Below, piece by piece: positions 49,371-58,243 of a DNA stretch of 64,000 nucleotides (positions within the stretch are counted from its first letter, which is position 1; each line of letters opens with the position of its first letter). Position numbers and translations under genes: made by a program. This stretch comes from a virus. Its lineage: Duplodnaviria > Caudoviricetes. The stretch lies in the IMG/VR virus record IMGVR_UViG_2595698455_000001, positions 88,428-152,427 of that record. One strand, written 5' to 3'. The notes below the pieces were generated by a model that ran no database searches, had not been told where the DNA came from, and worked only from the letters and a program-made list of their open reading frames with translations.

Positions 49371-50788
49371 ATGACCGTTTTCTATACGAACGTTGCCCGA
49401 AGGGGCAATGACCTGTTGATTCGAATCGCGGATGACATGGGCAATCGTCGTCTGCTGAAAAAGAAATTCGAACCCACTCTCTATTTACCCACGGCTGACT
49501 ATTCAAATGTTGACAAAGTCGGTCTGCTCAATGAACCCCTCGTCGCCAAGAAGTTCGCCGACATGCGTACAGCCGATGGCTACCTTGAAGAATATAAAGA
49601 AGTCCAGGGTTCAGCGATTTATGGGCAAACAGATTATGCATACCAGTTCATTGCCCACAGCTTCCCAGGAAAGATTGAACCCGATTACAACAACATCCAT
49701 ATCGCCAACCTCGATATAGAAGTGTTCTCTGCTGGATGGAAAGACGGAGAGATGACCAAAGGTCCATTCCCTCACCCAACCATTGAGCAGCAGACGTTCA
49801 AAGGCAGTGAGGCGCGCATCCGCCGCTTCCATAAGCAAGTCCTGGCCAACCATGACTTCGTCCGTGAGCACTTCCCTGGTTCCTTCATCAGCAACAACGT
49901 CACCGATCAGTTCCCTGTCATTGACAGCAACGGCAAGATCACCCAAGACATGAATGCGGCTTTCCCCATCACCCTGATTCAGCTTCAGGATATGGCGACC
50001 AACAAGTTCATGGTATGGGGTATGCCGTGTTCCAAAGATCGTAATAAGTTCGCCTACGACACCGAAGACAAAGAGATCGGCGGTCTTGAGGTTGTCTATC
50101 AGGAGTTCACTACCGAGCAAGACCTGCTTAGAGCATTCCTGAACTTCTGGTCGGAGCGTCAGTTCGACGGATGGACGGGCTGGAACATTGAGACGTTCGA
50201 TAGCCCTTATCTTGTTGAGCGTATGAACCAAGTGCTGGGTGAGAGCGAAACATCGCGCCTCAGTCCTTGGGGTATCATCAAGAAGCGTATCATTCGCGAT
50301 AAGAAGGGCGACATCACGACGTACCAGTTCGTGGGTTGCCCTATGCTCGACTATATGCAGATCTACAAGAAGCACACGTACACCACCCGTGAGCGTTACT
50401 CTCTTGACTGGATTGCCTATGTTGAGCTGGGTGAGAAGAAGATGGACTACAGTGAGAGCAAGTCGCTCTTTGATCTGTACTTCAATGACTATGCCAAGCA
50501 CACCCGATATGGTATCAAGGACGTCAAGCTGGTATGGCGTCTTGAGCAAAAGCTGCGATTACTCCAGCTGATGTTCGTCCTGGCCTACCGCACCAAGTCC
50601 AACTATGAGGACGGCCTTGGCACTGTGGCTCCGTGGCTGGCAATGTGCTACTATCGCCTCTATGAGAAGGGGATCGTGCCTAAGATCCAGCGCGTGTACG
50701 ATGGTCCGACCGACTTTGAGGGCGCATACGTCATGGAGGTGACACCAGGAATCTACTTCTGGGTCTTCTCTGAGGACTTGAACTCCCT
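49371..50788 (+). CDS. gp43: Family B DNA polymerase, N-terminal subunit, exon 1 (exonuclease domain to motif A)
   Basis: DIEV, GWNIETFD, YGIKDV, FEGAYV, DLNS(L). Confidence 0.93.
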
Positions 50789-51971
50789 TAAATTAGCAGC
50801 ATAGGGGCTTTGGTTGGTGACAACCATCGAATAACTCTCTTAATTGCTGGGAAGTCTCTTTGGAGATAATCAGCAGCCAAGGTCAACTACGAAGACCTAA
50901 ATACTCTTTAACCACGGTGAAGGAGTATGGTCATGAAAGAAATGAAGAGTTTGTTCTATCAAAGGGGTTTAGTTGTTTTAGACGACAAGATAGAAGGATA
51001 TTTGAAGTTTTGCCAGGAACACGGTTACGATGGTGATGAATATAGTGAACGCCATCATATACTGCCTCAGGCGCATTATCCTGAGTTCTCTAAAGAAGAA
51101 TGGAATATTGTAAACTTGTTATACAAAGATCATGTGGAAGCTCATCGCTTGTTACATGAAGCATTACCAGAAGACAAATCAGCGTTCTTTGCGTACTTCA
51201 TGATGAAGTCACATAATGGTGAATTGAGTGAAGAGTTAAGGCGTAAAAACGTAGAAATGTTGTCAGGGGAAAGTAACCCAGCCAAGCGCGATGATGTTAG
51301 GTTAAAAATATCAAAGGCAAAAACTGGGGTAAAGCGGGATGACATGTTAGGGAAGAAATATTTCGGTGCAAGTGAAGAAATCATCGAGAATGTTAAGGAA
51401 AGATCCAGTCGCGCAAACAAAGGCACAGTGCCTGTCAGACTCCCGGACGGTAGTGTTATCAAAGTTTCAACACAAGACCCAAGATATTTGAGTGGTGAGT
51501 TGAAATGTATAATAGGTCTAAAGAAAGGTCAGGTTGGCCCGAATGCCGACCCAAAGGCTAAACAGAAATTTAAAGATTCTTTAGAGAAAAGAAAGGAAAT
51601 GTTTGCTAGCATGAGCGGTGAAGAGATAACGGCTCATTGCCTAGCCCAACAGGATTTAGGAAAGAAAACTGTTGAGTGGGGCAAGCTGGCGAGAAACTTC
51701 AATAGACTCTTTGGTTATGCGGGGTTAGACTCGCGTGATTTTCTTGAAGTGGTAGGTGACAAGGTTCAACGACTATCGAAAGCAAGACCGACGACTAAGC
51801 GTCTGATCTGAAGCGAGTAGAGTAGGGGCAAGCGCCTCGAAATGGAGAGAATCTCTGGGCAGTCCTAGAGATTGTGATATAGTCTGGCCTGTATGGTGAC
51901 ATACAGCAGTGTTCGTTAAACTGGATGGCGAACACGGGGGATGAATTAGCGAGCTTCCCTGAACACAAGCG
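50789..51971 (+). mobile_element. Group I intron in polymerase motif A
   Basis: P1 CCCU|UA with UAGGGG guide; core AATTGCTGGGAA, AATCAGCAGCC, GTTCAACGACTA, GATATAGTC; terminal G; splicing restores DLNSLYPH. Confidence 0.93.
50927..51811 (+). CDS. Intron-encoded HNH homing endonuclease
   Basis: ERHHILPQ..NIVNL..HVEAH; own late motif and RBS hairpin. Confidence 0.87.
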   Translation: MVMKEMKSLFYQRGLVVLDDKIEGYLKFCQEHGYDGDEYSERHHILPQAHYPEFSKEEWNIVNLLYKDHVEAHRLLHEALPEDKSAFFAYFMMKSHNGELSEELRRKNVEMLSGESNPAKRDDVRLKISKAKTGVKRDDMLGKKYFGASEEIIENVKERSSRANKGTVPVRLPDGSVIKVSTQDPRYLSGELKCIIGLKKGQVGPNADPKAKQKFKDSLEKRKEMFASMSGEEITAHCLAQQDLGKKTVEWGKLARNFNRLFGYAGLDSRDFLEVVGDKVQRLSKARPTTKRLI

Positions 51972-52404
51972 ATATCCACACATCATCCAGCAATACAACC
52001 TCGGTCCTGAGACCATCGTTGGCGATAAACATCAGCGCCGTGAGATCATTGAAGCCATGTGCGAAGAACTGGCTGCGAAGATGAACGACATGAGTACCCC
52101 GATGCACAAACGTCGATTGATGAAAGCCCTTCACGATAAGCTGATGCGTGCGATTGACGAGCGCCTGCAGGTTGTTGATGAACTGGTTGCTCTGGGTGAG
52201 TTCCACTTTGAGACCCTGCGTCGCTACAACGTGTCATTCACACCGAACGTGCAGTTCTTCAGCAACGAGAAGATGTCTTTCCTGTCTGAAATCATGCGCG
52301 GTATTTACAGCGACCGTAAAGGTGAAAAACGTGTCATGTTGAACCATGAACAGCTCCTCACTTGGGCGAAAGAGGAGAAACACCATCGATCTAGCAAGGG
52401 ATAA
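51972..52404 (+). CDS. gp43: DNA polymerase N-terminal subunit, exon 2 (ends in the fingers domain)
   Basis: YPHIIQQYNLGPET..YSDRKGEK then TAA. Confidence 0.88.
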
Positions 52405-53233
52405 ATCCCCAGCCGAGTTCTTCCCAGGACTTTCCGATATAATGTGAATGTTCGTTCATGTTCAGGTCTTGGGATCGGTTGATTGTGTTGGGATGAGATA
52501 TGATTTTGTTGTTCTCATCCCAACACCGTTTGATAACAGTTTGCCAAAGTATGCCGTGAACTCCGGCGGCTTCTTTTGCGGACACGAAGATACCCAACGG
52601 TGTCTTGTAGTGTCCCTTGAACATTGCGTTGTTGATGCCTCTGTTGTTTTGGGCAATGATACGACCGGAAGGGGTAAGAGACCCGTCTTTGAGGCGGGGA
52701 TCGTCAACCCGAACTCTGTGTTTGTTTCCATCTTTGTCATACGCAAGAGTGGAACCTTTAGACCATGAAGTGAGGTCAGGATTGGATTCGAATTCTTCCT
52801 TAGTCACGTAGTATGATTTATTCGGATTCGATTTGTGGAATACTCTCACTTTCCCTTTAAATCGGGTAGAGTTTGTTTTAGACGGGTGGTGTTCTTCCGA
52901 CCAGTGTTCGGGGAATTTGCCCTTCATCAGTGAGGATCTTTTTATCTTGAGTGTCTCGTATGCTTTGGAATTGAAGTGATTGCGGGAAACGCGAGTTGTT
53001 CCGTGGAACATGATATTGAACGCCTGAAGTATCTTCAGGTTGTCAGGGTATAATCTAGACAACATCCAATGGGCTATGAAGTGTTGGCGAGCGGTTAGAG
53101 AACAAGTATTGTACGGTTTGTCTTCCCCTCCCATACACAGTGGGTCTATGTGATGGCGCTCTAGATAAGCTGAAGAACCACTGTTGGATTTGTCACAAGC
53201 GACAACAAAGTTAATATATCTTTCAAAATTCAT
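52391..53233 (-). CDS. Free-standing HNH endonuclease, antisense inside the polymerase locus
   Basis: ERHHIDP..GGED..LTARQHFIAH; AGAGG RBS. Confidence 0.85.
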   Translation of the reverse strand: MNFERYINFVVACDKSNSGSSAYLERHHIDPLCMGGEDKPYNTCSLTARQHFIAHWMLSRLYPDNLKILQAFNIMFHGTTRVSRNHFNSKAYETLKIKRSSLMKGKFPEHWSEEHHPSKTNSTRFKGKVRVFHKSNPNKSYYVTKEEFESNPDLTSWSKGSTLAYDKDGNKHRVRVDDPRLKDGSLTPSGRIIAQNNRGINNAMFKGHYKTPLGIFVSAKEAAGVHGILWQTVIKRCWDENNKIISHPNTINRSQDLNMNEHSHYIGKSWEELGWGFIPC

Positions 53234-53279
53234 GTTGGTGTCCTCTACGGTGCTAACGTTAATATATAGGTGAATTGGT

Positions 53280-54413
53280 ATGAGCCCAGAAGAATACAAA
53301 AATTGGTTAACGACTCTGACGGACGAAGAGTTGGAAACAGAGATCCTTAACCAGGATGAGAGAACCGCCACCCAAGATACGATGCAGCAGGGGCTTAAAA
53401 TCCTCATGAATGCTGGCTACGGCGCTCTGAGCAACGTCTGGTTCAAAGAGTACTTCAACCTCAACATCGCCGAAGCCATCACAACGTCCGGCCAGCTGAT
53501 CAACAAGTGGAACAAGCGTTACACCGATGATTATCTGAACAAACTGTGTGGGACGACAGGGCAGGACTTCGTCATTGCGGGTGACACTGACTCCAACTAC
53601 ATCTGCATTGAGCGCCTTGTCAAGCAACTGTGGCCGGATGAGACTGACCACCATAAGATGGTTGATAACATCGATCAATGGATTAAGGACAACTATCAGC
53701 CTAAGACCAATGAGTGGGCACAGCTTCTGTGCAACACCATGAATGGGTTCGAGCAGCGCATGGTGTGGGAGCGTGAAGTAATTGCATCATCCGCCGTCTG
53801 GCGAGCCAAGAAGATGTATGCGATGGCCGTGTATGACAGCGAGGGCATCAAGTATGAGAAGCCGAAGATTAAATTCAAAGGTCTGGAAGCCCGTAAGTCC
53901 ACCACACCTGAATGGTGCCGTGAGCGTCTTGTCAAGTGCTATGAGCGCATCCTGCTCGGCACCGAAGAGGAAGTACAGACGCTCATCAGCGGGTACAAAG
54001 AGGAGTACATGAAGCTGTCTGTGGATGATATCGCCAAGGCGTCCGGTGTGTCTGACATAGAGAAGTGTGTGGCCTCCGACGGTTCGTTCATCTCTGGCGC
54101 TCACTATGCTGCCAAGGCATGTGTGGGATACAACCGCCTTGTAGAGAAGAACGAAGATCTGGGTCTACCGATGATTGAGTCTGGCGATAAAGTGCAGATG
54201 GTATTGCTGAAACAGGGCAACCCGTTTGGCCAGAACTACTTTGCATATCCTGAGTTCTTCCCTGAGGAACTGGGTATGGGTAAATGGGTGGACTATCACA
54301 CAGCCTTTGAGAAGTCCTTCATCGACCCGATTCAGTCTATCCTCGACGTGGTCGGCTGGTCACACAAGCGCCGTGTGAACCTTCTTGCCATGATGCAAAA
54401 GAAGAAAGGTTGA
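53280..54413 (+). CDS. gp43: DNA polymerase C-terminal subunit (motifs B and C, thumb)
   Basis: KILMNAGYG, GDTDS, AKKMY, KGLE; AGGTGA RBS. Confidence 0.92.
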   Translation: MSPEEYKNWLTTLTDEELETEILNQDERTATQDTMQQGLKILMNAGYGALSNVWFKEYFNLNIAEAITTSGQLINKWNKRYTDDYLNKLCGTTGQDFVIAGDTDSNYICIERLVKQLWPDETDHHKMVDNIDQWIKDNYQPKTNEWAQLLCNTMNGFEQRMVWEREVIASSAVWRAKKMYAMAVYDSEGIKYEKPKIKFKGLEARKSTTPEWCRERLVKCYERILLGTEEEVQTLISGYKEEYMKLSVDDIAKASGVSDIEKCVASDGSFISGAHYAAKACVGYNRLVEKNEDLGLPMIESGDKVQMVLLKQGNPFGQNYFAYPEFFPEELGMGKWVDYHTAFEKSFIDPIQSILDVVGWSHKRRVNLLAMMQKKKG

Positions 54414-54445
54414 TTCAATAACCCAAAGGGGGATATAATTCCCCC
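54414..54445 (+). promoter_or_regulatory. TTCAAT-N14-TATAAT promoter with the -10 element inside an inverted repeat
   Basis: TTCAAT 54414-19; GGGGGA-TATAAT-TCCCCC. Confidence 0.7.
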
Positions 54446-54475
54446 TGTAAACCCTTTGACAAACAGGTGATTGAA

Positions 54476-54817
54476 ATGAAACTCAATAAGATTCTTCTGG
54501 TGTGTGCTCTGGCTTTCTCTACCACCGCATGCTCCACCCTACTGGACGTTGCGTCTACTGTTGACCTTGACGCGCCATCGTTCACCAATGATCAGGCTGT
54601 GTCCAAGATGGAAGACACCATCAAGGCTCATGCCGCGCTGGAGAACAGTACTCCTGGACCTCTGCAGACGGTCTGCAACTATGACGATTCCATCCAGGAA
54701 GACGAAACCTACCACTGCACCACCTATGTGAAGCAGGCTTCCGTCGTTCTGTATGCGGATTGTACCGAGACGCAATGTGTTGCTACAGGCTACGACAAAG
54801 TTGAGGAAGACAAATGA
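54476..54817 (+). CDS. Putative lipoprotein
   Basis: MKLNKILLVCALAFSTTAC signal and lipobox. Confidence 0.75.
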   Translation: MKLNKILLVCALAFSTTACSTLLDVASTVDLDAPSFTNDQAVSKMEDTIKAHAALENSTPGPLQTVCNYDDSIQEDETYHCTTYVKQASVVLYADCTETQCVATGYDKVEEDK

Positions 54818-55593
54818 ACAATTTGATCTGCCTTTATGATATGAAATCAAAGGTCGGCGGCCTGTATCGTGTCCTGGTAGATGTTGACCTGACTCTGGTT
54901 GATAGCCTGTCTCCTTGGGTGCAGTGGTTCAACACAGAGAACATCGCTGCTGCCGCACTTGCAACTGGTGACCAAAAGTCCTTCCAGTTCCAGCCGATCA
55001 CCAAAGAGTGCTATATGGCTCATGCTGGTGACCTGGCTATTCTGATGCGTGAACGTGCGCATCCGGCGTGGCTGTACCGTGAAGTCCAATTGGGGCTGCA
55101 CAAACAACGTGGGCCGAGTGGTAACGATCCTATGGACTGGTGGCGTCGTCCTGACCTGTATGCCAAGATGAACCCGCTCCCCGGCGCTTACGAGTTCCTG
55201 GTGAATCTGAAGAAGATTCTGCTCGAAGACTTTGACGATGTTGAATTTGTGGCTGTGTCGAAGTGCGAGCCTGAACACGAGCGCAGCAAGCGCCAGTTCG
55301 TCTATGACAAGTTCCCCGGCATCTTCAACGGGTTTGTCAGCACTGACGAGAAGCATCTGCTGGCTGGCGATGTCCTGATTGATGACAATCCGAAGTATGT
55401 CGAGCCGTGTGGTCTGAACAACATCTTCGTCATCTTTGTTCCTCAGGGCAATTATGAAAAACTGGATCTTTCGAACTCGGAAGATATGCTTTATATTAAA
55501 CCAGTAGAAGGCCAAAACCACTTCGACTTCCTGAACCGCAATATTGTCGAAGTGGTGAACCGCCTGATTGGCCATTATCAATACGTCCGATAG
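54814..55593 (+). CDS. HAD-family 5'(3')-deoxyribonucleotidase
   Basis: DVDLTLVD, PLPGA, DVLIDDNP. Confidence 0.85.
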   Translation: MNNLICLYDMKSKVGGLYRVLVDVDLTLVDSLSPWVQWFNTENIAAAALATGDQKSFQFQPITKECYMAHAGDLAILMRERAHPAWLYREVQLGLHKQRGPSGNDPMDWWRRPDLYAKMNPLPGAYEFLVNLKKILLEDFDDVEFVAVSKCEPEHERSKRQFVYDKFPGIFNGFVSTDEKHLLAGDVLIDDNPKYVEPCGLNNIFVIFVPQGNYEKLDLSNSEDMLYIKPVEGQNHFDFLNRNIVEVVNRLIGHYQYVR

Positions 55594-55602
55594 GAGGAGA
55601 TC

Positions 55603-55908
55603 GTGCAAGAACAATCTAAGTTTGGGGAAACCCCAGACAAACGTTCCGGTGATAGCGATATGGACGGCGCGATCATCCATGTCAACAACTTCATTCGTCA
55701 GCAGGAGACTCCGACTCCTATCGGCGCGGCCAAGGCTCTCCATGAAGTACTGGTAGAGATCGGTCAACGCTCTGAAGCGGATGAAATCTTCTATAACTTC
55801 GACGGCCAGTATAAAGTGAAGTTTGAAGAGAATGGCCGCCCACAGGTTGCTGTATTCTGGGCACCATGGATGGGCAGCGTGAGCTGGCGTATTGAGGATG
55901 ACGAGTGA
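55603..55908 (+). CDS. Hypothetical protein
   Basis: AGGAGG RBS, GTG start. Confidence 0.7.
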   Translation: MQEQSKFGETPDKRSGDSDMDGAIIHVNNFIRQQETPTPIGAAKALHEVLVEIGQRSEADEIFYNFDGQYKVKFEENGRPQVAVFWAPWMGSVSWRIEDDE

Positions 55909-57500
55909 ACAAATACCATTACACGTATAAGATAATTCATATCCCGACCGGTAGATTCTACGTCGGGATACGCTCCTGTTCATGTATTCCAGAACAGGAT
56001 TCTTATATGGGTTCTGGTGTGATCATCAAAAGGTTGTTGGAATCCCTTCCCGCTTCTGAATTTTCAAAGACGGTAATAGAAAAGTTTGAAACCAGGTTGG
56101 AAGCATCCGACCTGGAGTCTATTATTGTTACGGATGAGTTGCTGTCGGACCCGTTATGCCTGAACCTGAAATTGGGTGGAGACAATTCTATCATACCAAA
56201 CCAATTCAAGGCAGCGTTGGCCAGGACTGGCAAGAAATACAAATCTGGTATAAATCCTTGGGATGACCCAGAATTCCGGGAGCGTGTATCAAAATCAATA
56301 AAGGAGAACAGGGATAATTCTTCCTATCCATTCATGGTTTCAAATGGTTATTGGTGGATTTGGAAGGACGCCCGTAGGATCTATAATAGATGGGTGAACA
56401 ACGGTGGTACTGTGAATCCTACCGGTATGCCAAAACGAGGGTGTGGTTACAAATCTATCGGATTGTGGTATTCTAAACTACTGGACACAGAGTATCGTAT
56501 TCTAAAGGGTGACGAGAGCGTCTTTCGTAATATGGTCGCCATGTTTAAAGATGGTTGGATTCCTAAAGAGGACAAACGTTTTATGACTATGATAAATTCT
56601 AGTGTGACGCCGGGTATTGTCGTCATCCGTGGGACAAGTGGAACGGGAAAGGGGACTCGCGTCGTTCAATTCCTTGAGTGGTTAAGAACCAAATATGAGC
56701 CAGAACTTATAGAATACGAATTCGACAAGAAGATGATCCAGGTCGGGTTTTGGTTCAAGGAAATCAATCTGGTATTCATTGGGAAGTATACAGTGTCCAA
56801 CAAATCAGATCTGGCTTCCTGGACTTCCATGGACTTCATCCACTCCACCCTCAAGACTTCTGAGATGGCCAATTCATTGGTGAAGTATCTCAAATTAAAG
56901 TTCAAAGATGCAACTATCATCTTGGAAGGGGAACCTATGATGCAGAGCCATCGGTGGCGTCCTGAGTTCGTCCACCAGGACTTGGGATTCAACAACATGG
57001 CATTCATATCCTTCATCTATCAGGCACGGGAAGATTACGACAAGCGTATCATCGGTCGTTCTGGTAAGGCAGCGAAGGACACTGGCTGGGGGCGAAACGA
57101 TCAATACACAAAGGATCATGTCAAGATCATGAGTGAGTACGCTTCCATTGGATACGAACTTGAACCAGACTCCCAGAACGAATTGTTTATCTCACCAGCG
57201 GCAAACAACAATGGTGTGAAGGCAGTTGGGTGGAATATACTGAAATTCTTTGATGCCCCTCTCCACTTTGTCGGTAGTTTTATTATAGATTTTGTTGGAT
57301 TGGGGTTGTCTAAAGAAGAATTTCAAAAATATTGTGATACCACGCCCATGCTGCGCAAGATTAAGGGTAGCAACCCTTTGGCGCACAGAGTGCCTGAGAA
57401 GCCCCAGAAGGCATCCAAAACTAAAACCAAGGCGAGTGCCCAGCCAGAATCACCGAAGGCAGCGTCGCGCTCTCTCCTTGACCTGATGAAGAAGGGGTGA
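55905..57500 (+). CDS. GIY-YIG endonuclease fused to a P-loop kinase (putative 5hmU-DNA kinase)
   Basis: YTY..FYVG.R..YMGSG..LNLKLGG, then IRGTSGTGKGT; no stop codon between the domains. Confidence 0.8.
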   Translation: MNKYHYTYKIIHIPTGRFYVGIRSCSCIPEQDSYMGSGVIIKRLLESLPASEFSKTVIEKFETRLEASDLESIIVTDELLSDPLCLNLKLGGDNSIIPNQFKAALARTGKKYKSGINPWDDPEFRERVSKSIKENRDNSSYPFMVSNGYWWIWKDARRIYNRWVNNGGTVNPTGMPKRGCGYKSIGLWYSKLLDTEYRILKGDESVFRNMVAMFKDGWIPKEDKRFMTMINSSVTPGIVVIRGTSGTGKGTRVVQFLEWLRTKYEPELIEYEFDKKMIQVGFWFKEINLVFIGKYTVSNKSDLASWTSMDFIHSTLKTSEMANSLVKYLKLKFKDATIILEGEPMMQSHRWRPEFVHQDLGFNNMAFISFIYQAREDYDKRIIGRSGKAAKDTGWGRNDQYTKDHVKIMSEYASIGYELEPDSQNELFISPAANNNGVKAVGWNILKFFDAPLHFVGSFIIDFVGLGLSKEEFQKYCDTTPMLRKIKGSNPLAHRVPEKPQKASKTKTKASAQPESPKAASRSLLDLMKKG

Positions 57501-57700
57501 TCATGAAACGGTTGTCTAATTATCTGTTGTTCATCGGCCTGATTATGGCAGCCGTTTCAATATGCGCTGCCTTGGCCTATCATTTCACTCCTCTGGACTT
57601 AACAACCTCAGAGAAGTTGAACGTGACTGTGATGTACTGTATTGGCGCGGTGATGTCTATCGGCGCTGCTGGTTACAAAATATTCAAGGAACCAAAATGA
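57497..57700 (+). CDS. Small 2-TM membrane protein
   Basis: Two hydrophobic helices. Confidence 0.7.
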   Translation: MIMKRLSNYLLFIGLIMAAVSICAALAYHFTPLDLTTSEKLNVTVMYCIGAVMSIGAAGYKIFKEPK

Positions 57701-58077
57701 AAATCGAAATCCCTCGTGATGCTGTGGCTGTTGCGATCGACTACACCGGAAATGCTAAGCATATTACTGCCGTGCGCCTGATTCCTGAAAAGAACTGCGT
57801 CATCCCTCAGTTCCAGCTGAATGCCAACCCGTCGTCCAAAGACTTCGGTCAGTGGCTGCAGGCGGCTCCGTTCCGTACCCAGACCAATGCCCAGAAGTTC
57901 ATCTCCGGTAAGACCCAAACTGCATCCCGTCTGTGGTTTGTGACCGCCGACCGCCGCTTCTTCGACATGTGGGAACGCCCGATGGGGTTTGTGAAGCCAG
58001 AAGAAATTCAGCTGGCTCCTGAACCTGAAGTTGTTTCTCCTGAAGAGGAAGCGAAAGATGAAGATCAGGTCGGCTGA
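57697..58077 (+). CDS. Hypothetical protein
   Basis: MKIEIPRD..; ATGA overlap, AAGGA RBS. Confidence 0.7.
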   Translation: MKIEIPRDAVAVAIDYTGNAKHITAVRLIPEKNCVIPQFQLNANPSSKDFGQWLQAAPFRTQTNAQKFISGKTQTASRLWFVTADRRFFDMWERPMGFVKPEEIQLAPEPEVVSPEEEAKDEDQVG

Positions 58078-58243
58078 TTTTGTCTTCATGATGCTGATGT
58101 TCGTTTCCTTCATGGTCTCGCTCGTTGGCATCATGGTGACTGAAGGAGTTGAGTAACGCCCCTTCCTGTTACTTTGTCTTATATCGATCGCCGCTTTCTT
58201 CTATTTGGCGTTCCGTGTCGAACTCGGGAGTAAACTTGGATGA
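58058..58243 (+). pseudogene. 2-TM membrane protein gene with internal TAA
   Basis: MKIRSADFVFMMLMF..EGVE*RPFLLLCLISIAAFFYLAF..LG*. Confidence 0.6.

Noticed and set aside
49611-50549. 312-aa minus-strand ORF
   Set aside because: Antisense shadow of the polymerase
52405-53279. Second group I intron or split intein in the polymerase
   Set aside because: No P/Q/R/S core, no room outside the HNH ORF, no Cys start or His-Asn end
55603-55908. Thioredoxin call from FWAPW
   Set aside because: No CxxC and the motif is at the C-terminus
54847-55983. 378-aa minus-strand ORF
   Set aside because: Antisense to three well-supported genes; no motifs
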